Assembly (NCBI GenBank): GCA_900545485.1
Contig: UQZD01000005.1
Span: forward strand, 6,464-70,463
Direction: 5' to 3'
Source of the DNA: an uncultured Collinsella sp.
Lineage (GTDB): Bacteria; Actinomycetota; Coriobacteriia; Coriobacteriales; Coriobacteriaceae
Length of the DNA stretch: 64,000 nucleotides
The notes below the pieces were generated by a model. The model made no database searches and was not told where the DNA came from. It saw only the letters and a program-made list of their open reading frames with translations. Shown here piece after piece: positions 40,661-51,089 of the stretch. The position numbers were made by a program, and so were the translations under genes. How positions within the stretch are numbered: the stretch's first letter is position 1; the number at the start of each line of letters is the position of its first letter.

Positions 40661-41844
40661 TCAGCCCCCTCCAGGATGCTAATCAGTTGTGCGTCGCGCC
40701 AAAGTTCGTCTATGATCTTGGGCCAGAAACTCTGAAAACGCAGGTAGCTTGCGGCGTTTTGGCGGGCATAGGTCTTGGCCTCGTCAATACCATGACGCCA
40801 GATGCGCAGATACCCCTCGTGCTCGCGGGTAAACATGCTGCGAACCATGGCGGTCTTGCGCACGCGGTCGTCGAGCTCGCGCGAGATCCACGGACCCGGA
40901 TAGGGCATGAGCGATGCGGCCGTAACCGGAATGAGCTCCTTTTGGTGCGCAGCGAACGCCAGCTTGGCCCGCTCGTAGTACCAACGGTACACGTCCTGCA
41001 TAAAGCGCGGCGAGCGCTTCTCGGACTCGGGTGGCAGGTGGCGCACGGTCCACTCGTTGTCGAACCACACGTCATAGCCGAACATGCGCATGTTAAAGAG
41101 ATAGTCCAGATCCTCGCCGCGGGTGATAAACGGGTCGAAGGCCACGCGCGCAAAGGCGCGGGCGTGCAGAGCCACAAGGCCGCCGCACACGTAATTGGAG
41201 CGCGAGATGCGGGTGCCCGAGAGCGCCTTTTTCATCCAGCGATTGAACTCGATACGCTTGGTCCACCAGCGATGGCAAATGCCCACTTTGTCCGTAGGAG
41301 CCAGCGGCGACCCGTCGCGATCGTAAAAGTATCCGCTCTTGACTAAAATCGGCAGGCCCTGACGTGTCTGTTGACCCAGTGCATAGGTCGCACGCTTCAT
41401 AAAGTCGGCATCGATGACGGTCTCGTCGTCATCCAAAAACACAACCGCGTCGTGCCCCAGCACCGCCGCACAGGCAAGACCCATGTTGCGGATGGCGCCG
41501 TAGCCGCGCAGGCTCACGCACTCGCCCGAGCCTTTGGGCGCGATCTGCGCCACGCGGTCGGCAACACGCGAAGCCTGAGTATTGGTAACGATGGTGACCT
41601 TAAGCGTGGGATGCGCATTAACGATTTCGTGCACGCGATGGGATACGTCGGCCGTGGCGGAAACCGGACAGACCACCAAGAGAATGATGCGCGGAATGTC
41701 GCGCACCTGTTCGAGCGAAGTCAGGCAGCGATCGAGTTCCGGGTTGGCGGAATTGAGCGACGTCGAGTGATCGTAGGTGCCGGGAGCGTTTGCTTGGGTA
41801 TCATCGCCCGCCCAATATGTTGGGATCACAACCGTGGCGTTCAT
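40657..41844 (-). CDS. GT-A fold glycosyltransferase
   Basis: VVIPTY, GYGAIRN, FLDDDE (DxD), RGEDLDY. Confidence 0.8.
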   Translation of the reverse strand: MNATVVIPTYWAGDDTQANAPGTYDHSTSLNSANPELDRCLTSLEQVRDIPRIILLVVCPVSATADVSHRVHEIVNAHPTLKVTIVTNTQASRVADRVAQIAPKGSGECVSLRGYGAIRNMGLACAAVLGHDAVVFLDDDETVIDADFMKRATYALGQQTRQGLPILVKSGYFYDRDGSPLAPTDKVGICHRWWTKRIEFNRWMKKALSGTRISRSNYVCGGLVALHARAFARVAFDPFITRGEDLDYLFNMRMFGYDVWFDNEWTVRHLPPESEKRSPRFMQDVYRWYYERAKLAFAAHQKELIPVTAASLMPYPGPWISRELDDRVRKTAMVRSMFTREHEGYLRIWRHGIDEAKTYARQNAASYLRFQSFWPKIIDELWRDAQLISILEGAE

Positions 41845-42026
41845 ACCTTTACCCTCCTTGCAACACAAAAACGGGGCGCCGCCAAACACAGGCGACGCCC
41901 CGCGACCTAGCTGGTTCCATCATACCCACTTGGGCTAAACATTGTTCGGAAGTCAGAATGATTTATGCGGCTACTTCCAAAAGAGTACTGCAGATAGGCA
42001 CAATTGCTGTACTGAGCCCGGTTGCC

Positions 42027-43277
42027 TTACGCCGCCGCCTGAGCCATGCGGGACAGACGGACCAGCAGCACAAAGCCAACAACCAGCAGAACACCAATAG
42101 AAAGGACGCCCAGCGACGGGTTGCCGGTCAGCGAGGTGACAACCGACACCAGGAAGGTGCCCATAACGCTTGCGTAACGGCCAAAGATATCGAAGAAGCC
42201 GTAGTACTCGTTGGACTTTTCCTTGGGGATGATGCGGCCAAAATAGCTGCGGCTGAGCGCCTGCACGCCACCCTGGAACAAGCCGACCAAAATAGCGAGC
42301 ACCCAAAACTCAAAGGCGGTCTTTAAGAAAAACGCGGCAAAGAGCACGATGCCCATATAGGCGGCGACGGCCACCAAGATCATGTTGAGTGTGCCCACGC
42401 GACCGGCGAGCTTGCCGTAGATGATGGCGGACGGGAAGGCCACAAACTGCGTAACGAGCAGCGCCAGCACCAGTTGGGTCGAGTCGATGCCCAGAGCCGA
42501 TCCGTAGCTGGTTGCCATGGAAATGACCGTGTGCACACCGTCGATGTAAAAGAAGAACGCGATCATGTAGACCAGCACGGTCTTGTTGTGGGCGATCTCG
42601 CGCATGGTGTGTCCGACCTCGGAGAACACGCCGCCCACGATGTGGCCGATGGTGTCCTGGGGACCGCGCTCGCGACCGTACTTTTGCTTATAGGTGCGAA
42701 TGAGCGGCAGGGTAAAGATGAGCCACCAGGCACCGGTGATGACAAACGACAGACGCGTTGCCAGCATGGTGGGGACGCCAAGAGCGGGGCCACCCATGAT
42801 AAGCGCCAGGCAGATGATGAACGGCACGGTGGAACCGATGTAGCCCCAGGCATAGCCCGAGCTGGACACGGCGTCCATGCGCTCGTCGGTGGTAATGTCG
42901 GGCAGCATGGCGTCGTAGAACGTCATAGAAGAGTTAAGGCCGATGGTGCACAGCACGTACACGGTCAAAAATGCCATGGCGGACATGGGGATAGCCTGCG
43001 CCAGGCAAAGAACCAGGCCCGTGAGGAAGAAGCCCAAGAAGAACTTAATCTTGTTGCCGGCGTAATCGGCAAGCGCGCCCAGAATGGGCATGAGCATGGC
43101 AATGACCAGCGAGGCAATCGTCTGCGCGTTGCCCCAGGCGACCACCAGGTCTGCCGAGGAAGCACCGGTATTGATGGCGTTAAAGTAGATGGGCACCACC
43201 GAGGTATTGAGCAGCACGAGGGCCGAGTTGCCCACATCGTACATAACCCAGTTACGCTCGAGCTTGGTGTATTTCAT
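42027..43277 (-). CDS. MFS transporter (UMF1/ATG22-like)
   Basis: WVMYDVGNSA, FYDAMLP, QALSRSYF; about 12 TM helices. Confidence 0.88.
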   Translation of the reverse strand: MKYTKLERNWVMYDVGNSALVLLNTSVVPIYFNAINTGASSADLVVAWGNAQTIASLVIAMLMPILGALADYAGNKIKFFLGFFLTGLVLCLAQAIPMSAMAFLTVYVLCTIGLNSSMTFYDAMLPDITTDERMDAVSSSGYAWGYIGSTVPFIICLALIMGGPALGVPTMLATRLSFVITGAWWLIFTLPLIRTYKQKYGRERGPQDTIGHIVGGVFSEVGHTMREIAHNKTVLVYMIAFFFYIDGVHTVISMATSYGSALGIDSTQLVLALLVTQFVAFPSAIIYGKLAGRVGTLNMILVAVAAYMGIVLFAAFFLKTAFEFWVLAILVGLFQGGVQALSRSYFGRIIPKEKSNEYYGFFDIFGRYASVMGTFLVSVVTSLTGNPSLGVLSIGVLLVVGFVLLVRLSRMAQAAA

Positions 43278-43378
43278 GGACAGGGCCCCTTCGTATTCGC
43301 CCGATATGCAGTTAGTTCATCGTACCCCAATTGTCCAGAGGCGCCGGTAAGGATTCGGCAAAGGGGCACGCACGAGCC

Positions 43379-44323
43379 CTACTCCTCGCGGTCGAACTCT
43401 TCGTCGGCGCCGAGCACGCGACCGCTGTAATTGACGTGGTTGGTCACGGCTTCCATATCGCCGGTCTCGATAAAGCGGGCAACCGTGCACTCGTAATCGA
43501 GCAGCGCGCGGTCAAAGACCTCGGGGAAGCTCTCGTTCGAGACCTCGCCGGTAAAGGGGTTCTTCCATGCCAAGTGGCCCAGATTGCCGGTACGCTCGGG
43601 CAGCTCGGTCGTCACGCGGTGCGCAAGGCCGTCGAGCAGCGAATAATCGTGCACCAAGCCCTCGAGCAGGGCAATCGCGCGCGTCTTGGCCGAGCCGGCC
43701 GGCTCGATAGTGCGGTAGAGCATCTGCATGTCGGCTACGGCGCCGCCGTACTCCCCCGCCGGGATGTCGATACCGTACACACGCCCGGCAACATAGCTCA
43801 TCAGCACGCCGGCAGCGCGATTGATGCGGTCAGTAGTGACAATCTCGCCCGCCGGAGGATAATCCTCGACCGTGGCCCCGTCACGTTTGAGCTGCAGCAT
43901 CAGCACGTCCAGGTCGCTTTCGAGCACGGCGTGAACTTGACTGCCCGAAGCCTCGAGCTCGGGATCGGACTCGACAATGCCAAACTGCTGCTCGTAGACA
44001 AAGGGGTGGGCATTGCGATCGAGCACATAGTGCGACAGCAGGCCCAGCGCAAAGGCGCGACCCAGATTGGCATCGCGCGGCTGCAGGTGCGACACGCCGT
44101 CGCGCAGGCACGAGAACTGGCGCGACATGCGCGAGCGGTGCATGACCTGAGCAAGCGACATGCAGTCGGAAATGCGCAGCGTGAGCATGTGGAAGAAAAA
44201 CGGGTCGGGACCTTGGTTTCCCAGGATAAAGGCGATGCGCTCCTCGTCGGACGTGATAACGCCCTGCGGAAGACGGTCGATGCTTTCCTCGCCAAACAGG
44301 TGATGCGTAATGAGCGCGGGCAT
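43379..44323 (-). CDS. zinc-dependent phospholipase C family protein
   Basis: MPALITHHLF, GNQGPDPFFF, SHYVLDRNAHPFV. Confidence 0.8.
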   Translation of the reverse strand: MPALITHHLFGEESIDRLPQGVITSDEERIAFILGNQGPDPFFFHMLTLRISDCMSLAQVMHRSRMSRQFSCLRDGVSHLQPRDANLGRAFALGLLSHYVLDRNAHPFVYEQQFGIVESDPELEASGSQVHAVLESDLDVLMLQLKRDGATVEDYPPAGEIVTTDRINRAAGVLMSYVAGRVYGIDIPAGEYGGAVADMQMLYRTIEPAGSAKTRAIALLEGLVHDYSLLDGLAHRVTTELPERTGNLGHLAWKNPFTGEVSNESFPEVFDRALLDYECTVARFIETGDMEAVTNHVNYSGRVLGADEEFDREE

Positions 44324-44414
44324 AATAATCCTTTCGATTTCATTCGATGCAATCCATTATGCCCACCGCACAGTCATACCAAACCTGCAACGGCAAACGA
44401 TGGCGCACCGACCC

Positions 44415-45149
44415 TTACGCAAGCCCCAAGTGCGATTTGACCTCGGCAGCGCGACGGCGTGAAACGGGCACCGTCGAGCTCACACGGTCGAGCCTGAGCT
44501 CCATCAGGCCCGTGGAACCGATCTCGACATTATGCACGTCTTCCAAATTAACCAGATAGCTGCGGTGGACGCGGATAAAGCCCTCGGAGGCCAGGCGACG
44601 CTCGAGCGAGGAAATCGACTCATTGATCAGGTACGTCCCCTCGGCGCAAACGGCGTTGCAAAAATCGGCGCGTGCCTCAAAGTAGCAGACATCCGCCACG
44701 GGAATGAACACCTTTTTGCCCCCGCGATCCACCGTCAGGCGCAAAGGCTGGCGCGGAGTATGGACGACACGGCGAGCACCCAGGGCAGTCTCGATCTTGT
44801 CGAGCGCCTTTGACAGGCGGGCATCCTCGACCGGTTTGACGACGTAATCGACAGCATCGAGGTTATAGGCATCGGCCGCATACTCGGCAAATGCCGTCAC
44901 AAACACCACGACCGGCGGCCTCTTTAGGTTTTGCAGGGTCTCGGCAAGCTCAATTCCCGAGCGACCGGGCATGGTAATGTCTAAAAACAGCACGTCGGGC
45001 TTGCTCGACAGAATCAACTCAACGGCTTCGGTGACATTGCCCGCCTCGGCAATCTGACCCACACGCGTATCCTTTTCCAACAGATAGCGTAGCTCAGCCC
45101 TAATTGGGGGCTCGTCATCAACCACCAGGATGTTCCAGCCTTCGGACAT
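44415..45149 (-). CDS. LytTR response regulator
   Basis: VVDDE, FLDITMP, FIRVHRSYLVN, PVSRR. Confidence 0.93.
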   Translation of the reverse strand: MSEGWNILVVDDEPPIRAELRYLLEKDTRVGQIAEAGNVTEAVELILSSKPDVLFLDITMPGRSGIELAETLQNLKRPPVVVFVTAFAEYAADAYNLDAVDYVVKPVEDARLSKALDKIETALGARRVVHTPRQPLRLTVDRGGKKVFIPVADVCYFEARADFCNAVCAEGTYLINESISSLERRLASEGFIRVHRSYLVNLEDVHNVEIGSTGLMELRLDRVSSTVPVSRRRAAEVKSHLGLA

Positions 45150-45187
45150 ATGCGCTTCCCCTCTTTTTCTCTCAATCCAACCGCGTG

Positions 45188-46579
45188 CTACACCGTCAAC
45201 GGCGCCGGCTCATGTGGCTCGCCGTTCAACTCAACGATGACCTGCGTTCCCACGCCCTCCTGGGACTTCACGCGCATGCCAGAATCTTCTCCGTAAAAGA
45301 AATGGATGCGCTGAAGCACGTTGAAGAGCGCCAGGCCGCAACCTCGCTTGACGGAGCCGTCGGCGGTAATGCTCTCGGGCTCCTCTCGGCGATGCTGCTC
45401 AAACAGATGCGCGCAGACTTCTTCGCTCATTCCGATGCCGTCGTCTTCGACGATGATCTCCAAGCCGTCATCGGTCTCGAAAGCCCTAACATGAATAGAA
45501 AGCGGCTCGATCTCGCGCTGCGCATGCTTGATGCAGTTTTCGAGCAGCGGCTGCAAGATAAACGGCGGTACCAGGCTGTCGCGCACCTCAAAGTCGATGT
45601 CGACCGAAACGCGCAGACGGCCGTCACCATACCGGGCCTGCATAAGATTGATATAACGAGTGCCCTGTTCCACCTCGTGCTCGAGCGTGGTGAGCGTATC
45701 GGAGTCAGAAAGCGTCTGACGATAGTAGTTGGAAAAGTCGATCAGCAGCGATCGCGCCTTGTCGGGCTCGGTTCGAACGAGCGACACGATGGTGCTGATG
45801 GTGTTAAATAGAAAATGAGGATCGACCTGCGATTGCAAGGCGCGCAGCTCCACGCGGGCCGTAAGCTCGTCCTGGCGCTCGAGCTCAAAGCTGGCGAGCT
45901 GCGTGGAAATTAGATCGGCAAAACCCGAGGCAAGGGCCGTCTGGCGCATATCAATGCTGCTCAGGCGGGGATAGTACAGCTCGAGTGTGCCCACGCAATG
46001 CCCGCGCACGGTAAGCGGCGCGACAATGCCGGCGCGCAGGCGGGGAAAATAACCGCCCGTCTCATTGGAGGTGTCGCGCGAAAACACGCTCTGCTCGCCC
46101 GTCTCAATCACACTGAGCGTGGTCTTGAGCACGACCGGGGTGCCGGCGGGGCACTTTGCCGAGTCCTCGCCCCAGCTTGCCAACACCTGCTTGCCGTCGG
46201 TAAAGCAGATGGCAGAGGCGATGGTCTCGGACAAGATAATTTTAGAGGCGCCCAGGGCCGCTTCGGGCGTAAGGCCGCGCGACGTGTAGGCGAATATTTT
46301 TGATGCGATGGCGAGCGTACGGTCGGTTGCGCTCGATGTGAGGTCGTCAGGGACCACAAAGACATACGAGAAAAAGAAGCACAGCATGACCATGCCGGCA
46401 ATAACGACAACGCCCGGAACGGGATTGGGGTTATCGGTTAAATCCCAGATAAGCAGCAGGATAAGCGCCGGAACGACAACACCGAGCAGGATGGCCTGGA
46501 CCACATGCTGGGCCGTACGAAAGACCTTGGTAGAGTTGTAGCTCTTGCCCAGAATCAGCCTGTTTAAATCCACCGTCAT
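45188..46579 (-). CDS. LytS-type sensor histidine kinase
   Basis: ALQSQVDPHFLFNT, QPLLENCIKH, DDGIG. Confidence 0.92.
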   Translation of the reverse strand: MTVDLNRLILGKSYNSTKVFRTAQHVVQAILLGVVVPALILLLIWDLTDNPNPVPGVVVIAGMVMLCFFFSYVFVVPDDLTSSATDRTLAIASKIFAYTSRGLTPEAALGASKIILSETIASAICFTDGKQVLASWGEDSAKCPAGTPVVLKTTLSVIETGEQSVFSRDTSNETGGYFPRLRAGIVAPLTVRGHCVGTLELYYPRLSSIDMRQTALASGFADLISTQLASFELERQDELTARVELRALQSQVDPHFLFNTISTIVSLVRTEPDKARSLLIDFSNYYRQTLSDSDTLTTLEHEVEQGTRYINLMQARYGDGRLRVSVDIDFEVRDSLVPPFILQPLLENCIKHAQREIEPLSIHVRAFETDDGLEIIVEDDGIGMSEEVCAHLFEQHRREEPESITADGSVKRGCGLALFNVLQRIHFFYGEDSGMRVKSQEGVGTQVIVELNGEPHEPAPLTV

Positions 46580-46690
46580 CCCCTTTTGTCTATCGCACCC
46601 ATAGCAATAAAGAGGGCCGCAAGCGACCCTCTCCATTGCATTATGCAATCAAATACTGCGTTTTACATCCAGTCGTCGATGAACGGTAGT

Positions 46691-47968
46691 TTAGGCGCTG
46701 TATTTGTTGGCCTCGCCAAAGGTGCCCGCCTCGACGATCCAGCCGTCCTTCATGATAACGTCCATGTTGTCGGTGTTGAGCACGTGGATGTCGGCGGCGA
46801 CGTCACCGTTGACGACCAGCAGGTCGGCGCACTTGCCGGCCTCGATAGAACCGGTCTCGTCCTCGATGTGGCACATCTTGGCACCGTTGAGGGTGGCGCA
46901 GGTGATGGTCTCGACCGGGGTGAAGCCGATCTTGTCGACGAACTCGTACATCTCCTCGATGGAGCAGGTGCCGTACGGGGTGACGAAGGAGAAGGAGTCG
47001 GAGCCGATCGTCATGACGACGCCGCGCTTCTTGGCCTCGCGCAGGCAGTCGTAGTTGCGCTGCAGCTCCTTCTCGACCAAGGTGCCCTCGTACTTGTCGT
47101 GCAGCTCGGGGACGTAGACGGGCGGATAGGTGGCGTACCAGGTGGGCAGGAAGGCGATCGTCGGGGTGAAGAAGGTGCCCTGCTCGGCCATGAGGTCCAT
47201 GGTGCGCTCATCGATATCGAAGCCGTGAATCAGCTGCTCGCAGCCAAAGCGAACGGAATCGTAGGCAGCGGCGTGGTTGTTGTAGCAGTGGCTCCACACG
47301 GGGATGCCGACCATCTTGGCCTCTTCGACCACGGCCTGAATCTCCTCGGAGCAGTAGTGCTGGTCGCGGCCGGAGTCCCAGCGCCAGATGCCGCCACCGG
47401 TAGCCCAGATCTTGATGGCATCGGGGTTCTCGCGCAGGCGACGACGGACGGCCTTGCGCAGATCCCAAGGACCGTCGACCTGATCGCCCCAGGGGTGCGA
47501 TTCCTTGTTGAGCTCCTGGCTGCAGTGGTGGGAGTCGCCGTGGCCGGCAACGCGGCAGAAGCCAAGGCCGGTGGCCAGAACGCGCGGGCCCTTGAAGACG
47601 CCCTTGTCGATGCAGTCACGGATCTGGATACCAAAGCGGCCGATCTCGCAGACGGTGGTGAGGCCGTGGGTGAGGCAGTCATAGGCCTGCTTGACGGCGA
47701 CGGCCTGCTTCTCGAGGAGCGGCTGCATGACCCAGTCGGTGTCATCGTCAGTCAAGTTGCCCGAGAAGTGCAGGTGGGTGTCGATCAGGCCGGGAAGGAC
47801 AGTCTTGCCGGCGGCGTCGATAACCTCAACGCCCTCGGGAAGGTCCTGCATAGCACCGGCGTACTCGATCTTGCCGTTGTCGTCGACGAGAACGAGGGAG
47901 TTCTCGACCGGCTCGGCACCGGTACCGTCGATGAGCTTACCGCCAACGATTGCATACTTAGTGGACAT
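46691..47968 (-). CDS. metal-dependent amidohydrolase (Xaa-Pro dipeptidase-like)
   Basis: PGLIDTHLH, IKIWATGG, GSDS, GKCADLLV. Confidence 0.88.
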   Translation of the reverse strand: MSTKYAIVGGKLIDGTGAEPVENSLVLVDDNGKIEYAGAMQDLPEGVEVIDAAGKTVLPGLIDTHLHFSGNLTDDDTDWVMQPLLEKQAVAVKQAYDCLTHGLTTVCEIGRFGIQIRDCIDKGVFKGPRVLATGLGFCRVAGHGDSHHCSQELNKESHPWGDQVDGPWDLRKAVRRRLRENPDAIKIWATGGGIWRWDSGRDQHYCSEEIQAVVEEAKMVGIPVWSHCYNNHAAAYDSVRFGCEQLIHGFDIDERTMDLMAEQGTFFTPTIAFLPTWYATYPPVYVPELHDKYEGTLVEKELQRNYDCLREAKKRGVVMTIGSDSFSFVTPYGTCSIEEMYEFVDKIGFTPVETITCATLNGAKMCHIEDETGSIEAGKCADLLVVNGDVAADIHVLNTDNMDVIMKDGWIVEAGTFGEANKYSA

Positions 47969-48099
47969 GGTTCCTCCTTATGGATCCATATAGTGGGCGA
48001 GGCCGTGTTGGGTTAAGGCCTCACAAAGCTACCCAAGTGGCGCCGGGTTCGGTGCGCGGAAGAGAGGATTCCGCGCACCCGATCCGCCCCGGCTAGGCG

Positions 48100-49551
48100 T
48101 TACTTTTTGCGGGAATTGGTGAAAGCCATGAGGGCCAGGCCAATAGCCAACCAGCCGATCACGATGCTCCACTCCACCATGTTGAGGGAGGCGGGAGAGA
48201 ACGGAATCACAAGCAGGCCGATGATGATGGCACAGGCAGCGATAGCGAGGCCGATGCCAAACTTGCCGCCGGGCACCTCGTAGGGACGAGGCAGGTCGGG
48301 CTCGGTGAAGCGCATGCGCAGGCAAGCGAGGGCGACCATGCCGCAGGAGAAGATGAAGGCGAGAGCCGACACGTTGGTCAGAGGGATGAGCATGTTCTTG
48401 CCCAGGAACGGACCGACGACGGTGATGACGCCCAAGACGACGCAGGCAAGCTTGGGAGCACCGGACTTGGGGTCGACCTCGGCGAACTGCTCGGGCAGCT
48501 GGCCCTTGCGGCCCATGGCGAGCATGATGCGGCTCGTGGCGCCGTAGAAGGAGTTCATCGGGCCCATGGGTCCAAGCGTGGCGATGACGAGCATGGCCAG
48601 GTACAGAAGCATGTTGATGCCCTTGAGGCAGGCAAGCGCGGGAACCGGGCTCTTAACAAACTCATGCCAGTCGAGGATGGTGCCGAACGAGTAGATGCAG
48701 ACCATGTAGAAGCCGCCGGCGGCCAGCAGAGCCAGGGAGATAATTTTGCCGAACTTGTTCCAGTTGAGGCCCTCGGCTGCTTCCTCAGCCTGCTGAGGAA
48801 TGGTGTCGAAACCGGCGTAGAAGAACGGAGTCAGAACCAGGACCGACACGATGCCGGCGAACAGGCTGGTGCTCTCGGTAGCGGCCTTGCCGCCGCCAGC
48901 GCCGGCGACCTGGGAGAACACGGGCATGGCGTTGTCCGGCGAGCCGGTGAACAGCGAGACGCCCATGGCGAGCAGCATGCCGCAGAGCAGGGCCTTGGTC
49001 AGGAAGGCCTGGAGTTTGGCGGCCGAGCTGGCACCACGGAAGTTGAGGAAGATGACGTAGACTGCAAAGCCGAGCGCGATCAGCGTCGGGAACAGGTAGA
49101 CGTCGGCCCCCAGGATGGTGTAGAGCTTGACGGCGCGCAGCCACTCAAGGCCGGGCAGGCTGCCGAACATCTCGGACACGAGGGTCGAAATAGCGATGGC
49201 CTCCCACGGGCACAGGATGCCGTTGCCCAGGGCCAAAAGCCATCCGGTGATGTAGCTCAGTGTACGGCCAAAGCTACGATCGACATACTCGACGATGCCG
49301 CCCGAGATGGGGATAGCAGCCGTGAGCTCACCGAAAACAGCTCCGACGGGCACGAGGAAGATTGCACCCAAGAGGAATGCGATCATAGCGGGAACGGGAC
49401 CGCCGCCCACGACCATCCAGTCACCGACCTGCAGAACCCAACCGGTACCGATGATGGCACCGAAACCGATGGTGAAGAAGTTCCAGAGCGAGAGCGTTTT
49501 CTTCATGCCGCCGTTATCCTCGACTGCAACCTCTGCGTTCTTGTCCGCCAT
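48100..49551 (-). CDS. APC family amino acid permease
   Basis: GAIIGTGW, ELTAAIPISGG, GFDTIPQQAEE. Confidence 0.9.
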   Translation of the reverse strand: MADKNAEVAVEDNGGMKKTLSLWNFFTIGFGAIIGTGWVLQVGDWMVVGGGPVPAMIAFLLGAIFLVPVGAVFGELTAAIPISGGIVEYVDRSFGRTLSYITGWLLALGNGILCPWEAIAISTLVSEMFGSLPGLEWLRAVKLYTILGADVYLFPTLIALGFAVYVIFLNFRGASSAAKLQAFLTKALLCGMLLAMGVSLFTGSPDNAMPVFSQVAGAGGGKAATESTSLFAGIVSVLVLTPFFYAGFDTIPQQAEEAAEGLNWNKFGKIISLALLAAGGFYMVCIYSFGTILDWHEFVKSPVPALACLKGINMLLYLAMLVIATLGPMGPMNSFYGATSRIMLAMGRKGQLPEQFAEVDPKSGAPKLACVVLGVITVVGPFLGKNMLIPLTNVSALAFIFSCGMVALACLRMRFTEPDLPRPYEVPGGKFGIGLAIAACAIIIGLLVIPFSPASLNMVEWSIVIGWLAIGLALMAFTNSRKK

Positions 49552-49693
49552 TGTTCCCCTCCTTTCCTATTTGACGCCCTTGGCGTCACCCCTTGCGCGG
49601 TCTGTTTTGCCGCGCGCTTTTATTTCGTGGCTTTAAGATACGGCCTTGGCACAGCAGCGCCGCTTGTAGCTCGACCGAAGGCAGAACTGCAAA

Positions 49694-49724
49694 ACGAGCG
49701 GCGCCGTTTTTGGGACGAACGGCG
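49694..49724 (-). promoter_or_regulatory. LytTR-type 10-11-10 direct repeat
   Basis: Minus strand CGCCGTTCGT-N11-CGCCGCTCGT upstream of the APC permease, next to a LytS/LytTR pair. Confidence 0.5.
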
Positions 49725-49905
49725 GGAGACGTCATTCGTCTTGGACGCTTTCATCTTGTCTGCTTTTGAAGACCTGTTGCCGTGACGCTTGGCGCGCGGC
49801 GCGGCAACGTTCATACCATTTGTCAGGCTTTTGGCGCACATACCCATGTGCCGTGCCTCTTTTTATGTAGGATAGACAAGTTACACATGAGGCAAGGTGA
49901 TTCGA

Positions 49906-50901
49906 ATGGCATACGGATACAATGACGGCGACCAACGGCCACAAAGCGTGCGCCTTGCCGGCCGCACCACGCCAACGCCCAGAAGCACCTCCGACAACGA
50001 CAACCCGCAGCGCCCCCAAGAGCAGCCCGGGGCTTCTTCGCGGCAGCAAAGCCGTACCGTGCAGCAGTCAGACCGCGTGAGTACGAGCACATGCCAACGC
50101 CAGACCGACACATCGCAGCCACGCCGCTACGATCGCCGTACGACCGACTACTACGTTAAGCGCTCCTTTTCGCGACCTCAACGCGATCGCGGCAATTCCG
50201 CCCCTTACCCCGCGTCGCACGCCACAAGCCACGCGCTTCCGGCCCGCCGCCTACGCCTTACGCTTTGCTCCATCGCCGCCTCGTCTTTGTGTTTTTGGGA
50301 TCCTGTATCTCCCACGGATCAGCCGGTCTTGAGCCCACTGCCGAGGACAGGCTGCTTAAAGCTCCCGTCGCGCCCGGTTACTCCTTTGCGTTCTCGACCC
50401 CACGCTCGCAATGGCAGGCCGGCACCATGCCCCACATCTACCAAATTGACCCCGCATGGTCGGAGCTGCCCTATGCCGGTGGCACTATTCGCGAAAACGC
50501 TTGCGGTCCTACCTGCCTCACCATGGTCTATATCTTTAAGACCGGCCATACCGATAAGACGCCGGTCGATATATGCGCACTGGCCGAAGCCGGCAACTAC
50601 GCCCCCACTGGTGCCACCGAGTGGTCGTTTATGACAGGCGGTGCGTGGCAGCTGGGGCTCAACGGAACACAGCTCTATAACGATCGCGAATCGATTACCC
50701 AAGCACTTCGCTCGGGTGCGCCCGTCATCGCCGCAGTGCGCCCCGGTACGTTTACCAACGTAGGCCACTACATCGTGCTCTACGGCATCGACGATGCCAA
50801 CCAGATGCGTCTACGACCCCAACTCGGCCAGCCGCAGCGCCCGCCGCTGGGGCGTCGTAGAGGTCCTCAACGAAGTCGAAGCCATGTGGGCCTACTACTA
50901 G
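49906..50901 (+). pseudogene. C39-like peptidase with two frameshifts
   Basis: YQIDPAW...ACGPTCLTMV...GHYIVL in one frame; N-terminus/TM and the terminal VYDPNS...MWAYY* in other frames; shifts near 50280 and 50807. Confidence 0.7.
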
Positions 50902-51089
50902 TCATTGGGGACAGACTTAAATGAGTGGTCATTAGGGACGCTCTTGTTTGACTAGTCATTTAAGAACGTCCCTAATGACTAGGTGAATAGCAAAAGCCCC
51001 GCAGCCGGAGCGGGCTGCGGGGCTCATGAAGAGAGGCTAGTTTGTAGGCGCTTTGCCTGGCGCCCACGAGAGAGGCAACAGAGTAGAGA

